From Spirogloea muscicola (lineage: Eukaryota), in the NCBI GenBank assembly GCA_009602725.1, contig WELB01000013.1:1177431-1221907 (forward strand): 44,477 nucleotides of DNA, in the 5' to 3' direction. Made by a program: the position numbers and the translations under genes. Under the pieces are notes generated by a model. It worked only from the letters and a program-made list of their open reading frames with translations, was not told the DNA's origin and made no database searches. Shown here in pieces: positions 28,493 to 40,600 of the stretch. Position 1 is the first letter of the stretch, and every line of letters starts with the position of its first letter.

Positions 28493-29114
28493 CCAGTGCC
28501 CCTCCTCACACCGGATCCCAGCTTGTGGCAATCAGCTCGGGGGGCTGGTTGACCTCTCCCGATAGGAATAGTGTTGCCTGCATGAGCGTCACTCTGTCAA
28601 TCTCCGACTGGCATTTCCGGAACGACAACTCTCTCAACGTCATTGGAGCCAGTTGTTGAAGCACTGCACAACCACATCGCGTCTCCAACGCCTGTCTAGA
28701 CGGAGGACGTCTGAAGGGTCAGCTAGACTTTGGGAAGTGGCTGCATGCACGAGCGACCTGAGCGCTTGCAGCAGCAGCTAAGCTGAGGGAGACAGGACGC
28801 GGCACATAAGCGACCGCAGCGGGCTTCACACCCCAGCTCGGCTCGCTACTTGGACGTCCACAGAGCCCGGGAGAGCGGGCGCGACGGCAGGGACCTGCCT
28901 CCGACGACTCGGTCGAGCTGCTCAGCCACGGGGCACGAGAGCCGCCGCCGGCAGCTCCGCCGCCGCAACCGCCGCCGCCGGCGTCGCCGCCGCCGGCGCT
29001 GCCNCCACGACCAGTAGAGTGCTGAAGCGCACATTCTCAGCAGCCGTGAGTAGAGACAGGCCAGAACTGTGCGGCATGTGCCAGCAGCGCCTGAAGCCGG
29101 GGCATCTTGCTCCA

Positions 29115-31188
29115 TCACCGCCGGGCCTCCACCTTCTTGGCATCCTTTGCTGCAGCATTCGGCAAGGGAAGCGGTCATATCAAGTCATGGCTCAGTGGCA
29201 TGACCAAGCACTGGAAGCTGACCTTCACCTCAAGCAAGAATTAGTCCCTCGAAGCTATTCATTCTCATTCATACTCTTCCTTCAATTCAAGCATTCTTTT
29301 ACTAACTAGAAGCTTCCTCTGTCAGCCTTGGACCTGCACCTTGGCTTTGCTTGATGCTGCGCTACATCATCTGATGGCTAACTTTGCCAGGACGGAGGAG
29401 AGTGGGCAAGGAGAAGTGAACATAAGAGAGGCAGGGCGTTGAGAGAGAAAGGAGGAGCGGAGAGATAGAGTTGCAGTTCAAGAAGAGAGAAGTGAGAGGG
29501 AAACCATGAGAAAGGGGTAAAGAAGGGCGGGAGAGAGTGCGGAGAGACGAGGAAGGGTCATAGGGTGTGCACGTGCGATTAATTTTTGGGTGTCAGATTT
29601 TGAGTGCGTTCCTGACCTGCCTTCTCCTCCTCGCGTTTCTGCGCCGCTTCCAGCCGCTGCTGCCGGATGAGTGCCAGCCGGTCTGCGAAGCCACAATTCC
29701 AGAGGCTGTGCATGAGAAGGCTGCAGTCAGAAGCATCAGCACCGAGAGCAGCGGCTGGCAGCCAAATGCCACGAGGAAGGAGGAGGGGGCACCGAGGTCC
29801 TTGCGAGCCTGCTCCGTCTTCCCCTGCTCCTGCAGCTTCAGGTATCGCTCATGCGCTGCCTGCTTCTGCAGCTCCTCCCTGGTGCAGAGGAGACAGGCCG
29901 TGCCCACCACTACGAGTCAGCAGAGGCGGACAGCTGTGCGTGTGCATCTCAAGCGTGGCAGCAGCTTGCAAACAAGCGGCAACCGAGTCAGGGCCACAAG
30001 CAAGTCCAGGGCAAGAGCCGCCTTACCGCTCACGACGTGAAAGTTCGGTCGGCCTGTCCGCCTACAGAGCCAAGAGGAGTCGCAGACGAGCAGGTCAGCG
30101 GGTGACAACGAGGAGGGGAGAGTGTGACCTGTAGGATAGGAGAGGGGGGTGAGGTCGGCTTACGTCTGCCGAGCTGGCCTTGACGGTGCGCGGCCGGGCA
30201 ACGTTCGGGTTCTCGATCTCGATGAGGCTCGCCACGCCCTTCTTCTTGGCATCCTGCCGCCCCGGCCGCCAGCAGAACCAGGTCCACATGAACAAGACAC
30301 ACAGCTAAATCGTTCACTAATTTCACTACAGTTGTGTCTAAGTGGCTTGTTGGCCCTGATTCGATCAGCAGCCCATGAACGACTGAAAGAGCTAATCACT
30401 ATTATTCTGCGTACTGCTCAAACTGACTAAGCAGCGGTTGTCTGGAAGAGCGTGTACCTCGGCGGCGTCGTCCCCCTCCTCCTCCTCGGAGTCCTCCTCC
30501 TCCGACCCGTCCTCCGCCTCGTTCTGAGGGTCCTGCCGCCCGCAGCGCCAGGCAGTGGAGCACAGGCCTGGCGCCTCAGCTTGCCGGCCCCAGTGGAATC
30601 AGCTTTGCATAATAGTCACAGCAATTTGTGGGCAGAATTTCATAGCCACAAGAGGCGCGCCCGGCCAGCGCCCATTGGCAGAGGCGGCAAGCTGGGCGAG
30701 CTTGCACTGCGCACCTCCTTGTTCTTCTTGAAGCCGGGCCGCTTGGTGGACGTCCCCGCGACTGCCGCAAGCAACAGCCGGACCCATCAAGCTTGGGCCG
30801 TCAAGCTCGACGGCAACGACTGAGGCGGCCAGGGCACGAGAAGTTGGGGAAGAATGCAGCTGCTGATATTGTATCAGCGGCTGTAAACGCCAGCCAGGTG
30901 CATACAGAGGGTGTTCAAATACATAAGTGGATATATCATGACTTACCATCGATACAGGGTGACTTAGAATATGATCATGACAGTGACATGTTAAGTCAGC
31001 GAAGCCACAGGCTAAGAGGCAGGGGGCTCTTAGTACCCCGGGAAGGAGGGAGGACAGGGAGGAGGAGGGGAGGCAGGGTTTGAGGTTTCGGCTGTGTCGG
31101 CGGGGCGCACCCATGTCCTCGGGCTGCGAGAAGTTGCGGCGCCCCGTGGGCTTGCCCTTGAACTTCCCGCGCCCCGCGCCGCCCCCCA

Positions 31189-31189
<1 letters not shown>
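29115..31189 (-). CDS. PDAP1: 28-kDa heat- and acid-stable phosphoprotein (PDAP1/HASPP28 family)
   Basis: MGGGAGRGKFKGKPTGRRNFS...KKKGVASLIEIENPN...TELSRRER|EELQKQAAHERYLKLQEQGKTEQARKDL|DRLALIRQQRLEAAQKREEEKA|AKDAKKVEARR*. Confidence 0.92.
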
Positions 31190-31220
<31 letters not shown>

Positions 31221-31310
31221 TCGCGCCCGCAGACCCGAGCCAAGCTCGCCGGCCGCTGGTTATGGATGTCGCTGACTGCCAGTGCTTGCGCCGGCGGCGG
31301 CGGTGGCCAG

Positions 31311-31671
31311 CTGCTGGAGGACGACCCGGTGCTGCGCCCGTACACGTCGCAGAAGGGCACGCTGCGCACCCTGCACGGCCTCGGCGACGTCCTCGCCGTC
31401 GCCGTCGTCGCAGGTGAGCGGCGGGAGCAGCGCAGGTCCTCGCCGCTTCGACAGCCGGCCGGGCGCCGTGAGCGCCGGTCGCTGTCGGCACTTGCGCTGC
31501 GAGCGCAACGCCATGGCACACTGTCTGACGGGCTTCGCCTTGGCGCTCGCAGCGGCGGCTGCGGAGATTTACCTCCGCATTGAGAGCCGGGCGACCGAGG
31601 GTGAAGCGCCTGCTGGCGGCTTCGACCTACTGCATGAGGGCGCCCACTCCCTGCAGCGGCCCCGTGTCTGA
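31311..31671 (+). CDS. SDH7: Plant-specific succinate dehydrogenase subunit 7 homologue; first exon apparently missing
   Basis: Exons 31311-31413 and 31553-31671 splice in phase 1 to LLEDDPVLRPYTSQKGTLRTLHGLGDVLAVAVVAAAAAEIYLR. This matches the recalled SDH7 pattern LLxEDxxLxxFxSxK...GDVLxxVVVAxxxxEIY. Branch motif gctgac at 31271 and AG at 31309-31310. The 3' end is uncertain. Confidence 0.75.
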
Positions 31672-32316
31672 CGGTCTGGCGGAGACAATAAGAGTGGTCC
31701 TGGGGCTTCCAGCTGCGCACTAATGGCTGATGAGGCATTGATGACCTTGTCGCGTGGGCATCCACGCTCACATCTGGTGCTTGGCAGACTGTTCTCTCTT
31801 GACTTGGTGAAGTGTCATGTGTGCTTGTGGCACCAGACACTCAGTCCCACGTTGCATGCATGTGAGAGGTCACGAACACTCTGAGCTGTGATAGACCAGA
31901 CTTGCTCAGGATGGTGCTTGTGTTGTGGTGGCCTTATCGTGAGCCATAAGTCGCTAGTGTAAGCACTTTTAGGCATACTGGAAAGTATGCAGCATCTCCA
32001 TTACCACCCAATGTTGACAACAGGCTGCACGAGCAATACTACCATCCTGGCAGAAGCATGGAGTGCTCTGGGAGGAAGACTGAGCCAAGAATTCAGCTTT
32101 TCGCCAGGGTGGGCAAGAGTACCTCAATGTTCCACTACATTTGTGTAGAGTTTGCTACCAAAATTAAGGGGCGCTGTGCCCTCAGTCACCAAGTTTTTTG
32201 GCGGGTTGCTTTCAGGGTGCTCAGCTTGAGGGTAACAAGTACAGTAGGGGAAGCTCCAGCAGGCGGAGCTACAAGCGTATGATATGCAAAACATGGCCTG
32301 CAAGAACCCGGTTCAT

Positions 32317-34901
32317 TCACGCAGTCCCGTTTTGCAGGTTCTCCTTGCCCTGGACCACTCTCATGCTCTCGATCACGTCGCCGACTTTGACGTCTGCCAA
32401 GACATCCTGGTTCTCCACAATGTATCCAAAGACACTATACCGTCCGTCCAATATATTGGCGCTGCTAGGTGTCAACTCACTCTCCTTGAGAAGCCAGAAT
32501 ATCTGACTTGACGCTGAGTCATTGGTGAATTCCTGATAGCAGCAGGCGGTGCCATTGTCATTAGCTTCCCAAGCTGTCCAAGCTTCCCAAGGTGACATGC
32601 ATCACCAGCTATGCTCGTTGCCTTTGGCCGACAAAATCCGCCTGCAATGTAAAACATTGACTAGTCTGCAAAAGGATATGACCATGTACAAACACGTGGC
32701 ATAACTTTAACGTGCTTACCTCTCGCGCCATGGCAAGCGTGCCGAAGGCGTTGAAGGGGAGCTTACTGATGGTCTTGTAGCGGCCCAGCTCCTGCAAAGA
32801 GGCCAGCAAACAATTGCCAATCAACTCAAGCGCGTCAGAGTGCGGATGGCCTTTAGGCGATTAGTCACTACCCCAAGCTACTTGATCAAGGGGTTCAGAG
32901 ATATGGAAATGCTTTGGAAGAGTGCGAATGCAAATCACAGAGAATGTCACAAATTTTGAATTTGCTCCAGCTGTGAGAAACGAAGCAAAAGAACCACTGA
33001 GTGGGTAGCAACTCCTGCCGCCTTACCTCAAGAGTATCATGGTAGATGGGCTCCTTGTCGCCATCCACAAACAGCTCCAGAGGTATTGTCCTCATCTCAC
33101 CCGTCTTTGGATCAATGAACCCTTCCGTATCAGCAGGCTTGCCCGTCTGCACAACAAAGCCGTCCGCTGCCCCCACAAATACCAGCAGACAGAGGCATCA
33201 GCTCAGAGATATCATCAGTTAATTATAGAGATTTGATGAGCCTCATCATGCTTGATGCCATATTGACTCGTCTCGACGAATCTAGATGGCACAACTTGCC
33301 CTAAACCCTGAGCCCAAGGCGACATTGGCACTGAGCTCACATCTCTGGATCTCCATGCCATTGTAGAAGCCCTTCTCAACAAGGTCGATGAAGTTGCCAG
33401 CGGTGATGGGTGCGTTGTAACCGTCCACCACCATTGTCATGGTCACGTTTTGCACGTTGGGGTTGTTCTTGATGCGCAGCTTCATCTCCACAGTGGCCCG
33501 GCCCTTGAGCCAGGGTTTCCCAGCAAATTCCTCGGGGATCTTGTATGGGAACTCGCTCACCATCGCCTCCTCGATGCTGCATCGCAGGGCAAGCAATCAA
33601 CGAGCAAGCATTGAGTTCGGATTTAGGAAGGCATCTCAGCTGCCGCGGCTTGGTTCTCAAGTCCCTTACACACGAGATGCCAACAAGCCTTTTGCTCACT
33701 TGCCGACGTAAGCGAGCAGCTCCTTCTGTCGCGGCGCGACACTGTCCCGCTGCTTTCGCTCAACCTGCTTGAGGAGGTCTTGCGTGCCATCCGCCAGGTT
33801 CTCAAGCAGTTGCTTGACCTCCGCCCTTCTGGACTCGGGCACGACATTGAGGATTGCCTCCTTGCTCTGGTTCACGACCCGCGCCGCTTGCCTGACGTCC
33901 TGCGCGCCCGGCCTTGCCGAACAAGAAAGAACTCACTTCCTGCCCGCGGAACCTGCTGTTACCCCAAAGAGAGGTGCAAGTGACCTGCCGGGAATGGACG
34001 ACCTCCTGGCATGCAGCTGCCGACTACCCGTATCGCGCTCAAACTGGATGACGATAAGCTGTGACCTGCAGCTGCACGTTCGCCATCCAGCTCTTCTGAA
34101 GTGGCAAAGACGTCCTGTCTGCGGCCTACCATGGTCTTGGTCGTAGAGCAACCCCTTGCAGCAGCCAGTGCCGCTATCTAGCTTCTCCGGGCAGCCATTG
34201 ACAAAGCATTACGACAGTATGACGGCGCGAGCGCTCGGCTCAGGAGGCAGTCTGGTCGAGCGCCGGGCTTTGGGCTCCCATCAGTCTGGCGACTGGCGGC
34301 AGAGCTCGTATGCGCGCGAGAGGAGGGCGCTCTCACCCGCTCGATGGGGTCGAGGGCCTTGGCGCCCGGCAGCTTGAGGTCCTCGGTGATGTGCTCCAGC
34401 GGCTTCTGCACATCCACGATCTCCTTGTTGCGGATGGGCAGCGCGTAGCGCAGCAGCGCCTTGGCGTCCTTGATCGGCGGCCCGGTGATGAGCACGCCCA
34501 GGTCGCCGATGGCGGGGTTGGCGGCGGCGGCGGCGGCGGCGGCGTGGAGGGCGGGGGCCGCGCCGCCGGCCGGGAGCGCGNNNNNNNNNNNNNNNNNNNN
34601 NNNNNNNNNNNNNNNNNNNNNNNNNNNNNNNNNNNNNNNNNNNNNNNNNNNNNNNNNNNNNNNNNNNNNNNNNNNNNNNNNNNNNNNNNNNNNNNNNNNN
34701 NNNNNNNNNNNNNNNNNNNNNNNNNNNNNNNNNNNNNNNNNNNNNNNNNNNNNNNNNNNNNNNNNNNNNNNNNNNNNNNNNNNNNNNNNNNNNNNNNNNN
34801 NNNNNNNNNNNNNNNNNNNNNNNNNNNNNNNNCGGTGTGGCGGCGGCGGCGGCGGAGGGCCCGGCGACCGGCGCCGCCGCGGCCGCCGTGATTGCCGCCA
34901 T
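32317..34901 (-). CDS. CYP38: Thylakoid lumen cyclophilin CYP38 (TLP40), multi-exon, N-gap within transit peptide region
   Basis: [51 protein letters not shown]...[67 protein letters not shown]. Confidence 0.95.
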
Positions 34902-35349
34902 GAGTCGCGGACGGCGCGACACGTGGCCGCGGAAGGAGGTCGGGGGAGGAGGGGGTGTTCAGAGGAAGAAAGAATCTGCTGTCCGTGTGATTTGGGTGTG
35001 AGAGGCCAGCCAGCTCAGAAGTGGAGACGCTGCTCAAACAAGAAATGCTCAAAGGAAGGAACGACGTTGGATAAGGTGTCCTGGCCGTGGCCCCCGTGCC
35101 GCCCATTGGCTGCCCTGGGAGCTGCTCTTTCCTGACACCTCGGAGTCGGACGAAAAGGCTCAGCGTTTGTGCAGAAGCAGCTCCTCAACACCACTAGCAG
35201 GAGACTAGTTTCTCCAACCTGCGGCTGCTCAACAGGAAGAAATTGCTCGCCCAGAGGGAAGAATGGCTGGCAAAGCCAGCCGAAGAAGAAGGGGACCAAA
35301 TCAGGTGGTTACTAAGTGTTTCGCCTTTCGCAAGCCATCGTTGCCTTGC

Positions 35350-36180
35350 TTGCTTGCTTGCTTGCTATAGAATGCGGTTATCATTGAGTCTACAGCGCTC
35401 CCAGGCACTCGCGATACACCAGCGTGCTGGGCGTGCATTTGGCCAGGCTAATGGCTTCCGTGGTGGTGGTCTGGCTCCTCAGCTTTGCTTGTCAGATATG
35501 TATGTGCTCACTCGAGGATATTAGTGGCCCCCCTTAGCCATCTCATTACCCCGTTACCAGGACATTTTGTAAGGCCAGAAATGACCTCCTTCCGCATTTC
35601 ATGCGCACCGCACGCCCTCTCTCTCTTCGTGGCTACTTGACTCCCTGTGTGCTTTGGAGCATTCTCTGGCCCCTTCGAACTTGGGGCGCTTGGGCCCCGC
35701 TAGCTCGACCTCCTTCTGCGCCTTGCGTGGCGTGCAGTGGCCGCCGCCAAGGGCAGCAGAGCGAGCAGCCCGTTTTCAATGCCGCCGGGTCGCTTGCTCA
35801 AATGTTCCAGATGGGCCTGGCCATCTCCCTGCAGAGGTCCCTTGCCTTTGCCGTCCACATGCGTGCAGGTCGCGCCTTGGCTGCTGCCTCCGGGTTCCGT
35901 CAGGGCGACGTCTTTCCGCCCTCTAGCTATTCCGACCTCCACTTACTGACCAGGAGTTACTGAGAGCCTACTTGTGACGTCTTAGCCGTTTGTACCTTGC
36001 TTCTTGTGCCGTCCGGCCCTTTCAGACCTTGTCCACTCTTTTGGGCTGGCCTCTCACAGCCACTGCTCTCAGTTTGGTCGCGCTTTCTCCTTCGAAGTTG
36101 TTCATTCGTTTTTCTGGGCAAACCTCTCACAGCCAGCGCCCTCTCCTGGAAGCAGCTTTCTTTCAACAGCTCTTCCAATA
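35350..36180 (+). mobile_element. Two tandem 5'-truncated, decayed copies of the RLE retrotransposon 3' end
   Basis: YRMRLSLSLQRSQALAIHQRAGRAFGQANGFRGG...SDMYVLTRGY* (stop 35524) and AAGSLAQMFQMGLAISLQRSLAFAVHMRAGRALAAASGFRQG...SDLHLLTRSY* (stop 35963). The second is followed by UTR with gggctggcctctcacagcc. Confidence 0.7.
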
Positions 36181-36339
36181 GAAGGCAGGGGCTGTGAATG
36201 GCCAGCCCAGAAAGATTGGACAAGGTCCGAAGGGCCGAAAGGCGCCTAAACCACACAGCTATGCAAGAGAATACAGCGGATGGGAGCTTAGTAACCCAAG
36301 TTAGCAGCAGCAAGTCGGAGTAACTTGCAGCTTGAAAGA

Positions 36340-37040
36340 AGATAGAAGAAAAGAAGCTTCCAGGAGAGGGCGGCAGCTGTTAGAGGCCAGCCCAGGAAAC
36401 AAATGAACAATGTTCGATCGGGCCAAAGAAAGCTCTGAAGCACACAGGGAATCGAGTAGCCACGAAGCACTCAGTGACCCCTGCTGAGCAGCCGAAGGAA
36501 AGAGGCATCCCGACTATACCCAGAAGCAGCCATAGCGCGGCCTGCCCGCAAGTACAGTGCCTGCGCCAGGGAACGCGGGAAGGAGACAGACAGCCGCATG
36601 CGGAACACCTGGGCAAGCGACCCGGCAGCTTTGAGACCGGGCAGCTCCCGCTGACCCTGCCGAGGATCGATGGCCCTCTGAGCAAGCCGCTGCTGAAGGT
36701 CCAGCCATCGACTGCCGCATGCCCCGTGCACGTCTATCGCCAGCGCCACAAACTCATACCAGCTGGGTGATCAGCATAGTCTCGCTCCTTGCCACTGGCC
36801 GCCGTGCCGACCGCGTGCCCTGCTTTCAATGCCGATTGGGTGGGGCTGGCGGAGTCGCCAGAGTCGGTAATCATGACATCCGCGATGATGCGGAGACCTC
36901 TTCCAGGCGGGATGGCGATCAGGTCAGCGCGCCGTGTATGGGAACGACCGTCCGCCCCCAGCTGCATGGGCATTACCCCTGACGAAAGCCAGAGGCTGCA
37001 GCTAGAGCACGGCGAGCAGCCTCAGAAGGAAGTAACGTGG
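36340..37040 (-). mobile_element. Frameshifted restriction-like endonuclease (RLE) domain of a CRE-like non-LTR retrotransposon with 3' UTR, preceded by a further short copy
   Basis: RRADLIAIPPGRGLRIIADVMITD...AASGKERDY, a 1-nt frameshift near 36760, then YEFVALAIDVHGACG...AAGSLAQVFRMRLSVSFPRSLAQALYLRAGRAMAASGY...LLSRGH* (36471). This fits the R(P)AD..DV..K..Y..FxxxAxExxG..RLSxxLQR RLE layout. Confidence 0.7.
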
Positions 37041-37612
37041 TCCTTACGGAAGCTGGGCGGGAGGGAAGGAAGTTGGGCGGCCATGCCGGAGATCTCGGCA
37101 GGCAGCCTGCCAAGATCTGAACCGGAGTCAGAGGGGTCACATTCCGAGCATGACGTGAGTCTTTGAGTTGTCCGGTCCGACGCTGAGTCAAAAGGTTCCA
37201 GATATTGGTGGATCTAGAAGTCATCCGGTGCCCAAGCCTGGTCGGTCCTCCACGTCGCTGGCCGCCGCCGCCGCTGCCGCCGGGGTCGCATTGCGGCGCG
37301 CGGCGGCCATGGCTGACTGACGCGCGCCGGCGGCGGGCCCCCGCGGAGGNNNNNNNNNNNNNNNNNNNNNNNNNNNNNNNNNNNNNNNNNNNNNNNNNNN
37401 NNNNNNNNNNNNNNNNNNNNNNNNNNNNNNNNNNNNNNNNNNNNNNNNNNNNNNNNNNNNNNNNNNNNNNNNNNNNNNNNNNNNNNNNNNNNNNNNNNNN
37501 NNNNNNNNNNNNNNNNNNNNNNNNNNNNNNNNNNNNNNNNNNNNNNNNNNNNNNNNNNNNNNNNNNNNNNNNNNNNNNNNNNNNNNNNNNNNNNNNNNNN
37601 NNNNNNNNNNNN

Positions 37613-40600
37613 ACGACGCGGCGGCGCTGGCGGCGCGCTACGCCGGCCGCCCGCTCGAGGCGAGGCGCGCCGCCCCTGACTCGAACCCGCACCGGCACTC
37701 TGGGACGAGGGAGCCGTTGCCGACTGCTGACCTCGGTCCTCGGCCCCCGCAGGTGTGGCGGCGCTCGCTGAATGTGGCGCTCACGCTGGGGTCGCTGGCT
37801 GTGGCCGTGCTCGTCGACCGCCAGGTCTGTGAGCCGCTGCTCGACCGGCGCGGCATGAGCCGGCTGGCGGGGCTCGGCCTCGCGAGGCCCGGCTTTCCTG
37901 GGCGTCCGCTGAGACGGCCGCGATGGGCGGGCCTGTGCAGACGGGCAAGCTGCAGGAGCGGCTGCGCGCCCGGGCCCGGCAGCTGCGCCGTCGGCTCACG
38001 GTGCTCGGCCCGACGTTCGTCAAGGTCGGGCAGGCGCTGTCGACGCGCCCGGACCTCTGCCCGCAGGAGTACCTCGAGGAGCTCGCGCAGCTACAGGTTG
38101 CGAGCCAATGCCACGACCCAGGCCGGCACGCGCGCGCTATTCACCTCAAGCCCCCGTGGTGGCACTTTGCTGTCCCTGCTGCAATGGCCAGATTGCCGTT
38201 GCAAGCCCATCAGTGCGAGACCTAGCAACATCTGAGAGTGGCGGGCGGGGGGGGCTTGTCCTGCTCGCGGTGCTCCCGCAGGACGCACTGCCCACATTCC
38301 CCGACACAGAGGCGTTTGCATTGATCGAGCGCGAGCTAGGTGCACCGTTGGAGTCCCTGTTCTCGAGCATTTCCGCCCAGCCGATCGCCGCCGCCAGCCT
38401 AGGGCAGGTGTACAAGGCGACGCTCCGCTCCAGCGGCGCCTCTGTGGCGGTCAAGGTCCAGGTCTGCATGCCAGTCCCTGTGCCCTCACAACGTCCAGTT
38501 GCTCTCCACTGGCACATCTGCATGCACAAGATTGACCCCAAACCCTTGTACACATACTTTACAGAACCTTGTCTGCTCCGATGCGCTTTGCAGAGGCCGG
38601 GTATCGAGGTGGCAGTCAGCCTGGACTTCTACCTGCTGCGCAGTCTGTGCGGCCTGGTTGACAGATACGTCGACACACTGACCACGAATGTGGTGGGCCT
38701 GCTCGACGAGTTTGCGGGCCGCGTCTACCAAGAGCTCAACTATGTGCAGGCAAGAGATGATAGACGTGCTTCACATTGCCCCCGCCGGACCGTGGGTGGA
38801 AGAGCTTCTTCAGCTGCAGGACATGTCATGCAACAACTGGCTGGAGATCTGCAACCCGTTCTCAACGTTTCGCTCCGCGACACTCTTGTCCATATGAAGA
38901 CCGGCCTGGCAGACATGGCTTACTGTGAGGTGGCCCATGCTGGCTGGTGGGGTTTGCAGGAGGGGCGCAACGCCATTCGCTTCAAGCAGCTCTATGGCGA
39001 TCGCGGTGACATCATGGTGCCGTCCATCCACTGGGAGTGCACGAGCGCCAAGGTGCTGACCATGGAGTGGGTGGACGGCGTCAAGCTGAGCGAGCAGAAG
39101 CAGATTGAGGCCCAGGGCCTCAGTGTCATTTCCCTCGTCGACACAGGCATCCAGGTGCGTGCACGACAGCAGACCAGACTCAAACGGCGGCACTGGACAG
39201 ATGCTGCCATCTAAACCTTGAGTCTTCATTCTAGCACGGTGTTGATGTAGACCTCAGATTGACTTGTTGTTTACAAAGTGCATCCTCGGAGCCCCTCTTA
39301 CACCAGCCTCCGCTGTGCCCCTCCTACAGTGCTCCCTGCGGCAGCTGCTCGAGCACGGCTACTTCCACGCAGACCCCCATCCAGGAAACCTCCTGGCCAT
39401 GCCCGATGGCCGACTTGCATTCCTTGACTTTGGTAATTAGCCATACCGTGGACCCCAGTCGCTGCTGCAACCAATCTAGTACAGCAGTGGTTCCTCTGTA
39501 GTCTGTTTCACTCACTTGTTGAAGATGCGGAGTTTAGTATGGGGCTCCTCTGTCAATAGATGAGCAGTTGCAGCGCATCTGGCTCTGCCCATCTGCGTGT
39601 ACGATGCAGGCATGATGAGTGAGACGCCGCAACAGGCGCGGTACGCCATCATCGGCCATGTTGTGCACCTGGTGAATAGGGACTATGAGGCCATGGCCCG
39701 CGACTACTACGCGCTCGACTTCCTCGCCCCAGACGTCGATGTGTCCCCCATCGTGCCTGCTCTCCGTGGCTTCTTTGACGATGTCCTCGTCCTCAGTGTC
39801 AGCGAGCTGAACTTCAAGACCATTGTGGATGGCCTGGGTGCCGTTCTCTACCAGTATCCTTTCAATGGTGCGTATCAGGCTGCAGCACACCAAATATGTG
39901 GTATCTGCAACCACTCTGTGACCAGATTTATGATATTTTTGCTACAAGAATACTCTGCTGAATTACACCCTCGGTCATTACAGTACCGGCGTACTATGCA
40001 CTCATATTGAGGTCCCTCACGGTGCTCGAGGGCCTGGCCCTCTACACGGACCCTACTTTCAAGGTATATCTTCCGATGTTTGATGTGCTCAGTCATCGCC
40101 ACCGTCGACAAGCTCCTCGAGTCCATGCCACATTGCAAAACTGCAGCATGATCACAGCAAGCGTCGGCGCTCTCCTTCAGCTACTCAGACTGGTCTCATG
40201 TATCAGGTTCTCGCTGCTGCATACCCATATATGGCGAAGCGACTCCTGACAGACCCCAACCCTTACTTGAGAGACGCCCTCATTGAGCTGCTCTTCAAGG
40301 ACGGGACCTTCAGGTGCTTGCATTCGCACGCCCAGCACAGACTCTGTCCCGTCCTCGTGAAGTCACTGGCAACAGCAATCCATGCTTTGATGTAACGGCA
40401 TTGACAGCGTCGTCCAGGTGGTTTGAAAGACAGGTGGAGTAGGCTGGAGAACTTGCTGCAGCAGGGGAGGAAGGATGTGGACTACAGCGCTAGCGACGCC
40501 CTGCAGCCCCTTCTTATGCTCCTACTCGGTCGCGAGGGTGAGCCACTCCGTCGGCTGGTGGAGGCAGAGGCGGTCAGGATCATGGAGGCCATGATCCTCG

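Noticed and set aside
29395..29560. GA-rich tracts (also 44300-44477)
   Set aside because: Simple pyrimidine-rich intron sequence of minus-strand genes.
37309..37320. Minimal uORF ATG GCT GAC TGA upstream of ABC1K3
   Set aside because: It overlaps a gctgactgac branch-point-like motif and the true start is hidden in the gap, so its status cannot be judged.
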